Virus record (IMG/VR): IMGVR_UViG_3300050821_013430 | Location: 248,001 to 312,000 of that record | Length of the DNA stretch: 64,000 nt | Strand: one strand, 5' to 3' | Shown: piece after piece, positions 35,991-45,287 of the stretch | How positions within the stretch are numbered: the first letter of the stretch is position 1 | How the letters are laid out: every line of letters begins with the position of its first letter | Notes under the pieces: model-generated | Told to the model about the DNA's origin: nothing | Databases searched by the model: none | What the model saw: the letters and a program-made list of their open reading frames with translations, nothing else | Translations under genes and position numbers: made by a program

Positions 35991-36343
35991 ACCGTCTCTC
36001 CTTTATCTCGCAGTCCTTCTGCGATCTCTTCGTTTCGTAGTCTTTTCACTTCGGCTTCCTCAGCCTGAACTTTCTCTCTTGCGTCTCGCATTGTCTTCCA
36101 TTGCACTCCGCCCTTCATTCCTCGCTCGATGTAGTAATCGGAATGCGTGCGGACATAGGAGCGGATGATCAATTCCAATCCAGGCACCAAGGACGGATCC
36201 AATTTGAGTTTCGCACCGATGGCCCCCATCATCGTAGGAAGGGACACGCCCTTCTCCTGATTGATCCATTCGGCCATTATGGCTTCAATGGTCTCAAACA
36301 CTCGCTGATGGTAGGCGAGGGCCTTTTGGACGTTCGCGTTCAT
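35987..36343 (-). CDS. small putative DNA-binding protein
   Basis: Similar to 20804..21115 around Y-x-x-RG-x-x-GG. Confidence 0.65.
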   Translation of the reverse strand: MNANVQKALAYHQRVFETIEAIMAEWINQEKGVSLPTMMGAIGAKLKLDPSLVPGLELIIRSYVRTHSDYYIERGMKGGVQWKTMRDAREKVQAEEAEVKRLRNEEIAEGLRDKGETV

Positions 36344-36558
36344 CGCTGCGTCTTAGTCAGTAGTTTGCTGCGGGCTCGGAGGTAGAAACTGACGCCGAAC
36401 GCTGCTACCAAACCGATTACGAATGCGACCGTCGAAGAGCCACTTAGCATACCAGCATAGCCAAAAGCCAAGTCAAAGACCGACACAATCAAAATGAAGT
36501 CGCACAAGAACATCAACCCAAACATCATCCATCTATTCATCAGTCTTCTCCTTAGCAA
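36340..36558 (-). CDS. small membrane protein
   Basis: Two hydrophobic segments. Confidence 0.6.
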   Translation of the reverse strand: MLRRRLMNRWMMFGLMFLCDFILIVSVFDLAFGYAGMLSGSSTVAFVIGLVAAFGVSFYLRARSKLLTKTQR

Positions 36559-36901
36559 GGTGTTCGATTCCCAGATCGAGGAGAATCATCTCGTCATCAT
36601 AGTCCAGTTTGCCGCGGATCAATTGTCCGCCTGAGGTGTCATTCAGGAAGTCCTGAGCCGCGCAGATCAGGTAATTGGGCTCGCTAATGTCCCATAACTC
36701 CTGCCAAGCAAACTTCTCGAAGGCACCTGATAGAGACCATTGATAGGCCTTCTCGTTGGTCGGATCGATCTCTTGCCCAAGCGTATCGACCGCCTTCGGC
36801 CAATACACCCAAGTCTTAGGTGTCAAGAACAACTCTCTGGTCATTCTCAACAGCCTAAGGACTTGCTGGGCATCTACTTCGCGCCATCCGAAGAACGGCA
36901 T
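36533..36901 (-). CDS. hypothetical phage protein
   Basis: W...AVDTLG...P....A.QWSLSGA. Confidence 0.65.
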   Translation of the reverse strand: MPFFGWREVDAQQVLRLLRMTRELFLTPKTWVYWPKAVDTLGQEIDPTNEKAYQWSLSGAFEKFAWQELWDISEPNYLICAAQDFLNDTSGGQLIRGKLDYDDEMILLDLGIEHLAKEKTDE

Positions 36902-36915
36902 TGATAGTCTCCTCT

Positions 36916-37170
36916 TTACTGACGTTCCAACCGCAGTTTCAACTGTCGGAGGCATTCTCCAAACTTCGCGTGGAAGTCTTCGGCTTCTTCAACCGACCAG
37001 TAGAAAGTCTCGTCCCACTCCGAATAAGCGTACTTCGCATCGAAAGCATCCGAGCCAGCAGTCCCCCAAAAGTGGGCTTTGATCTCGTTATGAGCGGTCA
37101 GGCTGATCTCTTCGTTGCCACGATCTTCTGGCAACGGGTATCCATAATCAAGTGTATCGATTGTTATCAC
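36916..37170 (-). CDS. hypothetical protein
   Basis: Coupled ORF. Confidence 0.6.
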   Translation of the reverse strand: MITIDTLDYGYPLPEDRGNEEISLTAHNEIKAHFWGTAGSDAFDAKYAYSEWDETFYWSVEEAEDFHAKFGECLRQLKLRLERQ

Positions 37171-37385
37171 TGTTGCAGTTCCTTCTCTTGCTTGCGCGAG
37201 AGTCTCGTCTTCAAGCGCTGAATAGCGTTTCCAAGTTCATTGTAGAGGAACTCCGCCCTATCGAGATCCAATTGAAACTGGTCATCGAAACCGGCCTCAT
37301 CCCAATCAACCTCTCCCTCAAAGCGGAGATCAATTCGATCTGCGCTTGATACTCCAACCGTTATGTCTAAACTGTTCTCACTCAT
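37167..37385 (-). CDS. hypothetical protein
   Basis: Coupled ORF. Confidence 0.6.
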   Translation of the reverse strand: MSENSLDITVGVSSADRIDLRFEGEVDWDEAGFDDQFQLDLDRAEFLYNELGNAIQRLKTRLSRKQEKELQQ

Positions 37386-37818
37386 TGTCTTTCTCCTTAG
37401 TGTAATCAGTTCGTATCCGTTCACCCATCTGATAGGCTTCCAAGTCTTTCGGCCGTACTTTCTCTTCCAAGGCCCCTCCATCAAATCCGCGCCAGAAGTG
37501 AGCCAACCATTGGAAACTGCGTTGCAACTTCTCCTCCAATATCCAGGCTCGGAAGTCGGTCTTGTACTTAGGGTCTTCTTCCTGACTCTCTAAGATGACG
37601 CAACTCAATGCGCAGCAGGTCTTAGCCTTCTTATCGACGAAGTGCCAGTTTTCCTTCTTGCTCCACTCTACTCCCCAAGTGCCGGGAACAACGGTAATGC
37701 CTTTCTCAACACACTTGTTGCAGGCCTCTCGGATCAGTTTCTCCACTTCCTCATCGGATAGGAGAACGACCTCTTCAATCACCGGAGTGATAACCTCTTC
37801 CACTTTGACTGCTTCCAT
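37378..37818 (-). CDS. hypothetical protein, paralog of 38966..39331
   Basis: ALSCV and W...F...W/F.G shared. Confidence 0.65.
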   Translation of the reverse strand: MEAVKVEEVITPVIEEVVLLSDEEVEKLIREACNKCVEKGITVVPGTWGVEWSKKENWHFVDKKAKTCCALSCVILESQEEDPKYKTDFRAWILEEKLQRSFQWLAHFWRGFDGGALEEKVRPKDLEAYQMGERIRTDYTKEKDNE

Positions 37819-38111
37819 CAGTTCTTCTCCCTTGATTTGCCACCGAAAATGCTCTCAAAGATGCCCGGTACCTCACCCTTAGGTTTAGTCGCCAAGCGAG
37901 AGAGTTGAGAGAAGTCTCCCTGCAATAGTAGGGCTTCGTTCTGAATGCCAGCACAAAGTCCAATCAGTTTGGATACGGCCACGATGCATTCGGTGTTGCT
38001 TACCTTGTCATCCTCATAGAGTCCGCGTAGGTTAGTTGTTCCCCCATTCAATTCCCTCAATAGGGCACTAAGCACCTCTAAGTCGGGTATCTCAATATTC
38101 GAGTTCGTCAT
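37818..38111 (-). CDS. hypothetical protein
   Basis: TGATG coupled. Confidence 0.6.
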   Translation of the reverse strand: MTNSNIEIPDLEVLSALLRELNGGTTNLRGLYEDDKVSNTECIVAVSKLIGLCAGIQNEALLLQGDFSQLSRLATKPKGEVPGIFESIFGGKSREKN

Positions 38112-38718
38112 TGTTCCTCATCGTAAGTTTGAGTCTATCCAAGTCCACCAGTCGAAAGTTGCCACCGGCGTCCTTCATTACGTTCCGAGTATGTAGGTCT
38201 AAGTGCTGAAATTGACCCGATCGCACTTGCCAGTAGAGCAATCTAACCCCCGCTATTGAGAAGTCAAGTCCCTTCGCTAATCCTTCCAATACTCCATCCA
38301 ATTCCTTCTCATTGTAGTCGTGTCGTAGATGTCGGTCTTCGTGAGAGAGTATAGTCTGAAACACCTTCTGCTCATCCTCTGTCAGGGGTAGTAATTTCTC
38401 CATCCGGCAGTAATAGACCAAGTAGGGATGATCTTGCGGCATCAGGGTGCCATAAGTCAGTACATTGAGATCATACACCCTCACCAAGTAAGGAGGTCGT
38501 CGATCCCTCACCTGATGCAACACCCACCAAATCCGGGCATACTCTTCGTGCAGGTCGAGCCCCTTGTCTGCCCAATCCGAAAGCACCGTCAGTTTGACTG
38601 CTGCCGTATCTGAAAGAGAGAAGACTTCCCCATCGCTTCCACCCCCAAGCGATTGAGAGAGATCGAAGGGCACGGTAAGATGCGGGTGATGCTCTTGCAA
38701 GAAGGTCGCAACTCTCAT
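38092..38718 (-). CDS. protein kinase-like (Ser/Thr kinase fold)
   Basis: LGGGSDGEVF Gly loop, AVK, MEKL, HLDLHTRNVM catalytic loop, LVDLD. Confidence 0.82.
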   Translation of the reverse strand: MRVATFLQEHHPHLTVPFDLSQSLGGGSDGEVFSLSDTAAVKLTVLSDWADKGLDLHEEYARIWWVLHQVRDRRPPYLVRVYDLNVLTYGTLMPQDHPYLVYYCRMEKLLPLTEDEQKVFQTILSHEDRHLRHDYNEKELDGVLEGLAKGLDFSIAGVRLLYWQVRSGQFQHLDLHTRNVMKDAGGNFRLVDLDRLKLTMRNNDELEY

Positions 38719-38957
38719 TGAGCGAGAGACTTCAAGTTGTTGGCTGTAAGGATCAATTCCATCTCCTGAGCAGAGATGGTACGACGTTCCTTCTGCCAGA
38801 AGTCAAGAACGGTTTGTAGAGTAGCGGGCTTATCGCCTAACTGGTAATGGACATCATCCATCACGGCGATGGTCATGAAACCGTAAGCAGTTTCGTCGCG
38901 AAAGAGTTCCACGACCTGGCCGAGCACATCGGCTCGGTAATAGTCAAGCACTACCAT
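38715..38957 (-). CDS. hypothetical protein
   Basis: Coupled ORF. Confidence 0.6.
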   Translation of the reverse strand: MVVLDYYRADVLGQVVELFRDETAYGFMTIAVMDDVHYQLGDKPATLQTVLDFWQKERRTISAQEMELILTANNLKSLAQ

Positions 38958-38965
38958 ATCGACAC

Positions 38966-39331
38966 CTACTTAGTGTAGAGAGAGCGGATCTTACGACCCA
39001 TTAGATAGCCACTGATTGAGTTGCCGTGATTGGGGAAGCCTTGCCAGGCAAACTGAAAACTGTCCACCCAGATAAGACGACGATCGAAGTACTTAGCGAT
39101 GGTGGCGATGGCGATGTTGTCATAGCCTTTGCCAGCAGGTTCGATCTGATTGGCAACCAAGACGCAGGATAAAGCATCCGCTTGTAGCGAAGAGCGCCAA
39201 GCGTTCTCCCTACTAATCCAAAAGGCGCTGAAACAACCGTCTTCTACGCAGGAGAAGTCTAATGAGTGTCCTACGACGAGCAGTTTGTCGATCGCGGCAC
39301 AGATCAATTTCTCGATGGTGAGGTCGTTCAA
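38966..39331 (-). CDS. hypothetical protein, paralog of 37378..37818
   Basis: Shared motifs. Confidence 0.6.
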   Translation of the reverse strand: MNDLTIEKLICAAIDKLLVVGHSLDFSCVEDGCFSAFWISRENAWRSSLQADALSCVLVANQIEPAGKGYDNIAIATIAKYFDRRLIWVDSFQFAWQGFPNHGNSISGYLMGRKIRSLYTK

Positions 39332-39362
39332 GGCATAAGAGATGCGATCTTATGCGGAGAGG

Positions 39363-39563
39363 CTATTTAGAGCGCTTCTTACGAGGCTTGATCTCTTTGA
39401 CCTGACACCCAAGTTCTTCGAGAGGAGCGACCAGACTGATCTGCATCTTCTCCAACTTCTCCTTGTGTTTGTTGAGAGAACGGACTGCACCCTCTTCGGA
39501 CTTGGCGTTGCAGGTGTAGGTGAGTTTGACAACTGCGTGATAGGAGGCTTTGTATCGCTTCAT
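39363..39563 (-). CDS. hypothetical protein
   Basis: ATGA-coupled to tagged ORF. Confidence 0.6.
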   Translation of the reverse strand: MKRYKASYHAVVKLTYTCNAKSEEGAVRSLNKHKEKLEKMQISLVAPLEELGCQVKEIKPRKKRSK

Positions 39564-39805
39564 TGATGATACCGTTTGCATTGATGGCATCGTTGAGGAA
39601 CGGAGATGCCAAGTTGTTCGATATACTCTGTCCAAACCCTGATGGTAAAGGCATTGCCTCCGGATTGCTGGTAGATCCCCGCTGAAACGGGGTAATTGGC
39701 CTCTGCCGCGAGTTTCGCAGAACAGGATGGACAGGCTGCCATTTGATCGGCGTGCATTGCGAATGACAGTTTGACCTCGGCAGTTTGGCAGATGAAGCAC
39801 TTCAT
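39560..39805 (-). CDS. CPQCG-tag family, CxxC-CxxC type
   Basis: CFIC...CPSC...CHQCKRYHQ*. Confidence 0.75.
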   Translation of the reverse strand: MKCFICQTAEVKLSFAMHADQMAACPSCSAKLAAEANYPVSAGIYQQSGGNAFTIRVWTEYIEQLGISVPQRCHQCKRYHQ

Positions 39806-40650
39806 TGGCTACTCACCTGGCAACATCTCCCGTCTGTGAAGTTATGATACCCAGCCCCATGGTTTTTGGTGATGGGGCGACAGCGATGTCTGCCACCAAA
39901 CATTGTTCCCCCTTTCAATCCTGAGCGAAGCATCAAACCAGGAACGGAAGAATGCGCATACTGCGGAACTTCAATCCAATCATCAGTATCTCCCACCATC
40001 TGATGAACATGGTATTGCAGACTGGTGCATCCAGGAAACTCCGTAATGTTGGCGCGGTAATCACATGCCTTGTTTCCGCACATAATCGGTTGGCGCTCAG
40101 TATTACAGGTGGTATTGCTAAACTCAAAACCGCTGCCGTAAGGATAAGGTGCCATATCCTCCCCCTCGCAGGCCATATTCCATTGATCCTCGTCGCATAA
40201 CTTCGCGCCACGATCCGTACACATCTTTTGCGCCTCACCCCAGGTTAGATCATACGGCATCCCCATCTCATCATGCAGTTCTTCCCGATCGATGCAGTAA
40301 TCCATATGCACACGCTGCTTGGATAGACATACAGATGGCTGTTGGTATCGTTTGCATCGAGCCCAAGGCTTATCAGCCTCTTCCTTAGACATCCATTCGA
40401 GACACTTCTGTTCGACTTTGGGGCAGTAATCGCCCACCACATGCACCATTCCATTAGGGCAATAAGTAGGCTCGGGAACAACGGTAAAAGTACCCTCTAT
40501 CTTCACTGAGTTAGCAGGAGGTGGAGGATTAGGGCAACCGTTAGGATAGCAGACATTGTGTAGATTATTGGGAGGTGGTGTGGTTTGCTGCACCGTATGC
40601 TGACAAGCCATTACACTCAGACAGATGATTGATGGAATCATGATGCGCAT
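39802..40650 (-). CDS. lipoprotein with FGE-sulfatase (SUMF1/EgtB/PvdO-like) domain
   Basis: VMAC lipobox; YCIDREE, TWGEAQKMC...KLCDEDQWNMACEG...YPYG, HQMVGD..DW, GRCC; AAGGAG SD. Confidence 0.78.
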   Translation of the reverse strand: MRIMIPSIICLSVMACQHTVQQTTPPPNNLHNVCYPNGCPNPPPPANSVKIEGTFTVVPEPTYCPNGMVHVVGDYCPKVEQKCLEWMSKEEADKPWARCKRYQQPSVCLSKQRVHMDYCIDREELHDEMGMPYDLTWGEAQKMCTDRGAKLCDEDQWNMACEGEDMAPYPYGSGFEFSNTTCNTERQPIMCGNKACDYRANITEFPGCTSLQYHVHQMVGDTDDWIEVPQYAHSSVPGLMLRSGLKGGTMFGGRHRCRPITKNHGAGYHNFTDGRCCQVSSQ

Positions 40651-40664
40651 GATGATACTCCTTG

Positions 40665-41033
40665 CTACTGAGAATGAACGAGACCACATTGAGAACAGGC
40701 GTTTTCTTCAACCACTACAAAACGATCTTGAAACCAAGGGTTGCCGGATACTTCTGCCAACACGTACCCGCATTGCGGACACGCTCCATAGTAGTCGATA
40801 GTGTTTCGCACCGCCCTCTCATGAGCATAATGACCTTTCAGCATCTCGATCCTTTTCCCGTTCTTGACGAACTCTTTCCAGGAGTCGCCAGGGAATAGGT
40901 CTTGTCTCAACGCAGTGGTGCGGTCATAGATGCCCTTGGCGCAGGAGCAACAAAACTCGTACCAGCCAGGACTAAACTCTTTGTCTTCGCAAGAAGAGTA
41001 CTGGCCGCACATGTCGCACTTGAACTTGATCAT
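40665..41033 (-). CDS. CPQCG-tag family, fused double-tag unit
   Basis: CDMC...CCSC...CPQCG-YVLAEVSGNPWFQDRFVVVEENA-CSQCGLVH. Confidence 0.78.
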   Translation of the reverse strand: MIKFKCDMCGQYSSCEDKEFSPGWYEFCCSCAKGIYDRTTALRQDLFPGDSWKEFVKNGKRIEMLKGHYAHERAVRNTIDYYGACPQCGYVLAEVSGNPWFQDRFVVVEENACSQCGLVHSQ

Positions 41034-41040
41034 CGATATC

Positions 41041-41340
41041 TCACGAAGGGTAAGGAGTGGGCGTAATGTCGTGTACAAACCCACACTGACCGCAGGTAGT
41101 CCAGTGAGACTTGACTTGCTCGACCGCAGCGGCAAAGTGCGGATTGCTTCTGCTGTAAAAGAAGCCCCTTTTGTCCGCTTCTGTATGCGCTATCCGTTTA
41201 TGCCAGCCATACTCTGATCGGTCTGCATAGAAGCCCGGCGCATGGAGGAAGACCTCCCTCGCACAAACGGGACACAAGTGCCAGTAGGCATCATATTGCT
41301 TGCCAATCACCCCGACGCCACATAGATCGCACTTGTTCAT
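41041..41340 (-). CDS. CPQCG-tag family, CxxC-CxxC type
   Basis: CDLC...CPVC...CGQCGFVH. Confidence 0.78.
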   Translation of the reverse strand: MNKCDLCGVGVIGKQYDAYWHLCPVCAREVFLHAPGFYADRSEYGWHKRIAHTEADKRGFFYSRSNPHFAAAVEQVKSHWTTCGQCGFVHDITPTPYPS

Positions 41341-41636
41341 TGGCTCACCTCTAACTGAATGGGCGGAACCCAATGACACATTCCACACTGCAAACAAGTA
41401 CCATACTCGGCTTTGATGGCCTTGATAGTCTGATCGAATGAAGGATAGTCGACATAGTTGAATCCACCACCACGCCCATCGAATATCTCGTTCCATTTGA
41501 GCCATGCTTGTTCAGAATGATCGGGGAAGAAAGCGTCCCGAAGGAATATCTGCTTGGCGCAATGGACACACACCTTACGATATTCTGAGCGAAGGTCGAA
41601 GTCTAACTTGACGCCGCATATGTAGCACACACTCAT
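41337..41636 (-). CDS. CPQCG-tag family, CxxC-CxxC type
   Basis: CYIC...CVHC...CLQCGMCH. Confidence 0.78.
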   Translation of the reverse strand: MSVCYICGVKLDFDLRSEYRKVCVHCAKQIFLRDAFFPDHSEQAWLKWNEIFDGRGGGFNYVDYPSFDQTIKAIKAEYGTCLQCGMCHWVPPIQLEVSQ

Positions 41637-41637
41637 C

Positions 41638-42246
41638 TTAGTACCTCGCCTCTGGGTTCTCGAAAGGATCGGTCAAAGAGTTGGTCTCCTGGTAGTAGGC
41701 GTCCAACAGTTTTCGATACACCCGCATATTGGGCTTGAATCGACCGGAGAAAAACTCCTCGTCGTTTCCGAACAAGGCCTTGCTCAACGCTCCGGCTACA
41801 CCACTCGATCTGCTAATTCCGCCATCACAATGGATGACGATGCGTTGAATGTAGTGCAGGTGCTTTCTGACGAATGACCAGATTTCGCCAGCCTGCAAAG
41901 CAGTGAAGAGTTGGCTCTCAGTAGTTTGACCGACAGCCACATCGGCATCCGCAAAGGTCAGCCCCAAAGTTCCCAAGCAAAGAGGGTTGGTCGGTATCTT
42001 CGGTACATCATCCGCTCTGCTGGTGATTGAGATGATGATATGCGGTACCTCTTGCGGAGCCACTCTTTCGATGGCAGCCCGACTATACACCAGTATCTCC
42101 ACCTTCTTGTTCTCTTGCTGCTCATAGAGACGAGGAGCAAAGAGGATCTTATGCCACTGATGCTTCTGATAACTCCGATATTGGAGGTAGAGGAAGAAAC
42201 CAGCAGAGCCAACAGAGAGGATCGAGAAGAAGTCTATCCAATTCAT
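41638..42246 (-). CDS. Cys-based (CX5R) protein phosphatase-like protein
   Basis: IISIT, L.FAD, IVIHCDGGISRSSGVA, PN..VY; N-terminal TM segment. Confidence 0.8.
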   Translation of the reverse strand: MNWIDFFSILSVGSAGFFLYLQYRSYQKHQWHKILFAPRLYEQQENKKVEILVYSRAAIERVAPQEVPHIIISITSRADDVPKIPTNPLCLGTLGLTFADADVAVGQTTESQLFTALQAGEIWSFVRKHLHYIQRIVIHCDGGISRSSGVAGALSKALFGNDEEFFSGRFKPNMRVYRKLLDAYYQETNSLTDPFENPEARY

Positions 42247-42446
42247 TGAGAGTCCTTATTGCGACCAGCGATCGCCATTACGAAGGATGCTACCACCATC
42301 ATTGGGGAGAAGAGCCAGAGCAACACTCTGGGGGACAAAGGCGCCTTACCTTCGGTCTGATGCGAGGGCAAGAACACCAATGCTCCCCAGAGATAGGAAG
42401 AGAGGAGGAACACGAACAGAGTGAGTCGTAGCAGAGTATGGATCAT
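42243..42446 (-). CDS. small membrane protein
   Basis: Two TM segments. Confidence 0.55.
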   Translation of the reverse strand: MIHTLLRLTLFVFLLSSYLWGALVFLPSHQTEGKAPLSPRVLLWLFSPMMVVASFVMAIAGRNKDSQ

Positions 42447-42715
42447 TGGGTGGGGTTATGGTGAATGGAAGTGCTGAGGTTTCCTTTCATCCGCTCGATG
42501 GTAGTACCGATCTCGGTATTGGCTTGATTGAAGAAGACGATCTCCAACTGCTTTTCCAGATGGTTCTTGCGCCTGATCAGAGCGGCAGTAGGCTTCTTGG
42601 CAGCCTTAGCGGCTTCCAGTTTGACCACAATACGAGCCAACTTGGTTTCGATAGTGGCAGCATCGATCGACTTTTGCATGGCCTTGATGCGGCGTTTTAG
42701 GTTCTTACGGCTCAT
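42443..42715 (-). CDS. basic hypothetical protein
   Basis: Coupled ORF. Confidence 0.6.
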   Translation of the reverse strand: MSRKNLKRRIKAMQKSIDAATIETKLARIVVKLEAAKAAKKPTAALIRRKNHLEKQLEIVFFNQANTEIGTTIERMKGNLSTSIHHNPTQ

Positions 42716-42966
42716 GATGCCACCTCTTCCTTCTTGGGAGAGTGTTGTATGACCAGTTTGGCGCGCTGCTTCTTAGCACCAAGACCAACGCCGAGTCTGC
42801 TATCCAACAGAGCGATCTTCTGCTCGGTAGAAAGCCCGGCAAAGAACGCCTGACGCTCGATGGCTTCCTCACGCTTGTGTTTCTTGTTGTCCGGACGACG
42901 ACCATTGCAACCAGGATTACGACGCTGACGAATATGCTTACCGCGTTTCGATACGAGAGGTTCCAT
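42712..42966 (-). CDS. basic hypothetical protein
   Basis: Coupled ORF. Confidence 0.6.
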   Translation of the reverse strand: MEPLVSKRGKHIRQRRNPGCNGRRPDNKKHKREEAIERQAFFAGLSTEQKIALLDSRLGVGLGAKKQRAKLVIQHSPKKEEVAS

Positions 42967-43517
42967 TATTGTCTTCCTTGTTTGAGTGAATATGCAAACA
43001 GAGCCGCAGCACTTGCAGCCCCAACATTGATTGATCGAACAGAGCCGCGCATTGATATCTCTACCAGATGATCCAGCAACGCCAATATCTCAGGCTGCAA
43101 ACCGTCCTTCTCTTCGCCAAAGCATAACAGCGGTTTCTCGGGCCATTGGAAGTCTTGCAGTGGCGTAGTTCCGTTGATATTGTTCTCCAATCCGACGAAG
43201 GCATATCGCTCTTTCAGAGCGGACACGGCTTCGATAGAAGGAAGATGGATGACATCAGTATATCGGTAGGTGCCTTGTGCGGCTCTGCGATCCCAGTGTC
43301 TTCGACCATAGTAATAGACCGCTTCGGCTCCAAAGGCATTAGCGTTCCTGACCAAGCAACCGAAGTTGAAGTCGTGTTCGATCTGAGCCATCAATACTGC
43401 GCAAGGCAGCGCTTTGGCTTTCAGATCAGCCTTGATCTCTTCGGTGCTTAGTGCCCTATAGCAGTCTCGGACATTGCGTTGCCAGAGGAAGCGCTCATCG
43501 TACTTCTGCTCTTCCAT
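42966..43517 (-). CDS. TrmH/SpoU-family RNA 2'-O-methyltransferase
   Basis: HDFNFGCLVRNANAFG, LCFGEEKDGL, VEISMRGSVRSINVGAASA. Confidence 0.9.
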   Translation of the reverse strand: MEEQKYDERFLWQRNVRDCYRALSTEEIKADLKAKALPCAVLMAQIEHDFNFGCLVRNANAFGAEAVYYYGRRHWDRRAAQGTYRYTDVIHLPSIEAVSALKERYAFVGLENNINGTTPLQDFQWPEKPLLCFGEEKDGLQPEILALLDHLVEISMRGSVRSINVGAASAAALFAYSLKQGRQ

Positions 43518-43767
43518 AATTGACTCCGCAGATCAATCCAATCAGTTTAGTGATCAGGAAAAAGACGAGTCGATTCCACCAAGTGAAAGGGATGTACTCT
43601 CCACACTTGACACCTCTTACTTCGTCCTCGAAGGGAGAAAGGACGGGATAGACCCAATGAAAACGACTGGGGAAGTAGCCACGATTGTCTTCCTCACGCC
43701 AAGAGCCATCCCACTCACAATAGGAGACCTCGCCACAGGTACGACAGAACTCGCGGATGCGTTTCAT
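43495..43767 (-). CDS. hypothetical protein
   Basis: ATGA coupled; CRTC. Confidence 0.55.
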   Translation of the reverse strand: MKRIREFCRTCGEVSYCEWDGSWREEDNRGYFPSRFHWVYPVLSPFEDEVRGVKCGEYIPFTWWNRLVFFLITKLIGLICGVNYGRAEVR

Positions 43768-44396
43768 AGATCGATGACGATGGGAGGATTGATTGGCTGA
43801 TAATGTCGATTGCAGGATGAGGCATTGACGAACTTGACGCCATTTCTTTCGGCAGTGCCATAGCCTTCGTGTATGTGCCCACAAGCAAAAAGGCGCAACT
43901 GCTTCAACTGGTCAATACGACCCAACAAGTCTTTATCTCCAACCTTCTCTCCGGCTTTGGTAGTATCCAACATCCCGTAGGCAGGCCCGTGTGTCAAAAG
44001 AACTTGTGTGTCGTCTGGTATTTTGGCCCAAACCGCAGCGATATCCGCACCTCGACGAACATTGAATGCCCAATCAAAATACCACGCAGAGCAAGGCGAG
44101 CCGTAGATTTTGAGCCCATCGATCTCGATTGCTTCGTTCTCCAAGTAGATCGTGCCTGACTCTCTAATCAGATTGACGCAAACATCACGATCTCTATTCT
44201 CGAAACAGAAGTCGTGGTTTCCCGCAATGAACACTTTGTGCTTGTGCGGTAGTCCTCGAAGCCAGTTGGCAAACTTGGCGATCCGATCTACGGCACCGTG
44301 ATAAGTCGCGTCGCCAGTATGGATGAAAATGTCCCCGTCCGGAACGACTACTTTCTCTTCCTGTTCGTGTGTATCTGATGCTAAAACTAAGCGCAT
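43764..44396 (-). CDS. calcineurin-like metallophosphoesterase
   Basis: SDTHE, HTGDAT, AGNHD, THGP, CGHIHE. Confidence 0.92.
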   Translation of the reverse strand: MRLVLASDTHEQEEKVVVPDGDIFIHTGDATYHGAVDRIAKFANWLRGLPHKHKVFIAGNHDFCFENRDRDVCVNLIRESGTIYLENEAIEIDGLKIYGSPCSAWYFDWAFNVRRGADIAAVWAKIPDDTQVLLTHGPAYGMLDTTKAGEKVGDKDLLGRIDQLKQLRLFACGHIHEGYGTAERNGVKFVNASSCNRHYQPINPPIVIDL

Positions 44397-44416
44397 ACTC
44401 TAAGACCCTTTCCTAA

Positions 44417-44590
44417 TCAACGACCACAATGATATCCACACCCACACTTTCCGTTGCGACAATAGACCTTCTCGGCCCAAAAGTGCCAAGACCGCGGGTG
44501 CTTACACTCCGTACAGACCTCTCCTTTCGAGAAGCCAAAGCGCCACCATAACCACCAAGCATAGTGTTGCAAGTCGCGATACCAGTTCAA
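44417..44590 (-). CDS. small Cys-rich protein
   Basis: CTECKHPRSWH...C..GKCGC; probable TTG start inside upstream tag stop. Confidence 0.5.
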   Translation of the reverse strand: MNWYRDLQHYAWWLWWRFGFSKGEVCTECKHPRSWHFWAEKVYCRNGKCGCGYHCGR

Positions 44591-44850
44591 TGCACATCCC
44601 CACACTGAGTGCAGCGACTACTAATTGCTTCCTTCACTCTTCCTTCGTTCCAATTATCCCACCCCGTATATCCATGTTCCAAATTGGTATCATCAATTGA
44701 TGGTATCCATAGGCTATGACCAGCCTTGCTTATGGCCTGCTTGTAGATAAGGCAGCAGGCTTTACACATCACAATGTGCTTGCTGGTGGTATAATGCCCT
44801 GGCCTACATATCACGCTCTGCTTACAATGCAGGCACTTATGCTCGTTCAT
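44587..44850 (-). CDS. CPQCG-tag family, CxxC-CxxC type
   Basis: CLHC...CKAC...CTQCGDVH*. Confidence 0.78.
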   Translation of the reverse strand: MNEHKCLHCKQSVICRPGHYTTSKHIVMCKACCLIYKQAISKAGHSLWIPSIDDTNLEHGYTGWDNWNEGRVKEAISSRCTQCGDVH

Positions 44851-45038
44851 TTCTTCCCACCTTCCAAAGTCTTCTCCAACTTGTTGCACCCCTGCCGTAT
44901 CATCAGCAGTTGCTCTCGGATAGTCTTGTCGTCTGACTTATTGAGCAGGGTAGAAGAGGTCATCTCCAATACTCGTTTCAGGTCGATCAACATCTTGCCC
45001 TTCTCGGTCAGTCCGTACTCTTTCTCTTCGACTTCCAT
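44847..45038 (-). CDS. hypothetical protein
   Basis: Coupled ORF. Confidence 0.6.
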   Translation of the reverse strand: MEVEEKEYGLTEKGKMLIDLKRVLEMTSSTLLNKSDDKTIREQLLMIRQGCNKLEKTLEGGKK

Positions 45039-45039
45039 C

Positions 45040-45285
45040 TTAGTGCCTCTTTCTGCATTGGGGACAGATCTCAGCCAGAATCTTGTCTACTTGATCACTG
45101 AAACAACCACCGGAGCGCACGAATGTGAACCAATCTTGGGTAAGTATACTCGCATATCCTATCCCGTGCTTATCGTCTAACCCTTTATAGACTTCCACTG
45201 CACAGGCAGGGCAAACAACACCTGTCGTTGATTGGTTTGCGGGCGGGTGTACGAGTTTTAGACACATCTCACACGACTTTTCCAT
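45040..45285 (-). CDS. CPQCG-tag family, CxxC-CxxC type
   Basis: MEKSCEMC...CPAC...CPQCRKRH*. Confidence 0.8.
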   Translation of the reverse strand: MEKSCEMCLKLVHPPANQSTTGVVCPACAVEVYKGLDDKHGIGYASILTQDWFTFVRSGGCFSDQVDKILAEICPQCRKRH

Positions 45286-45287
45286 TG

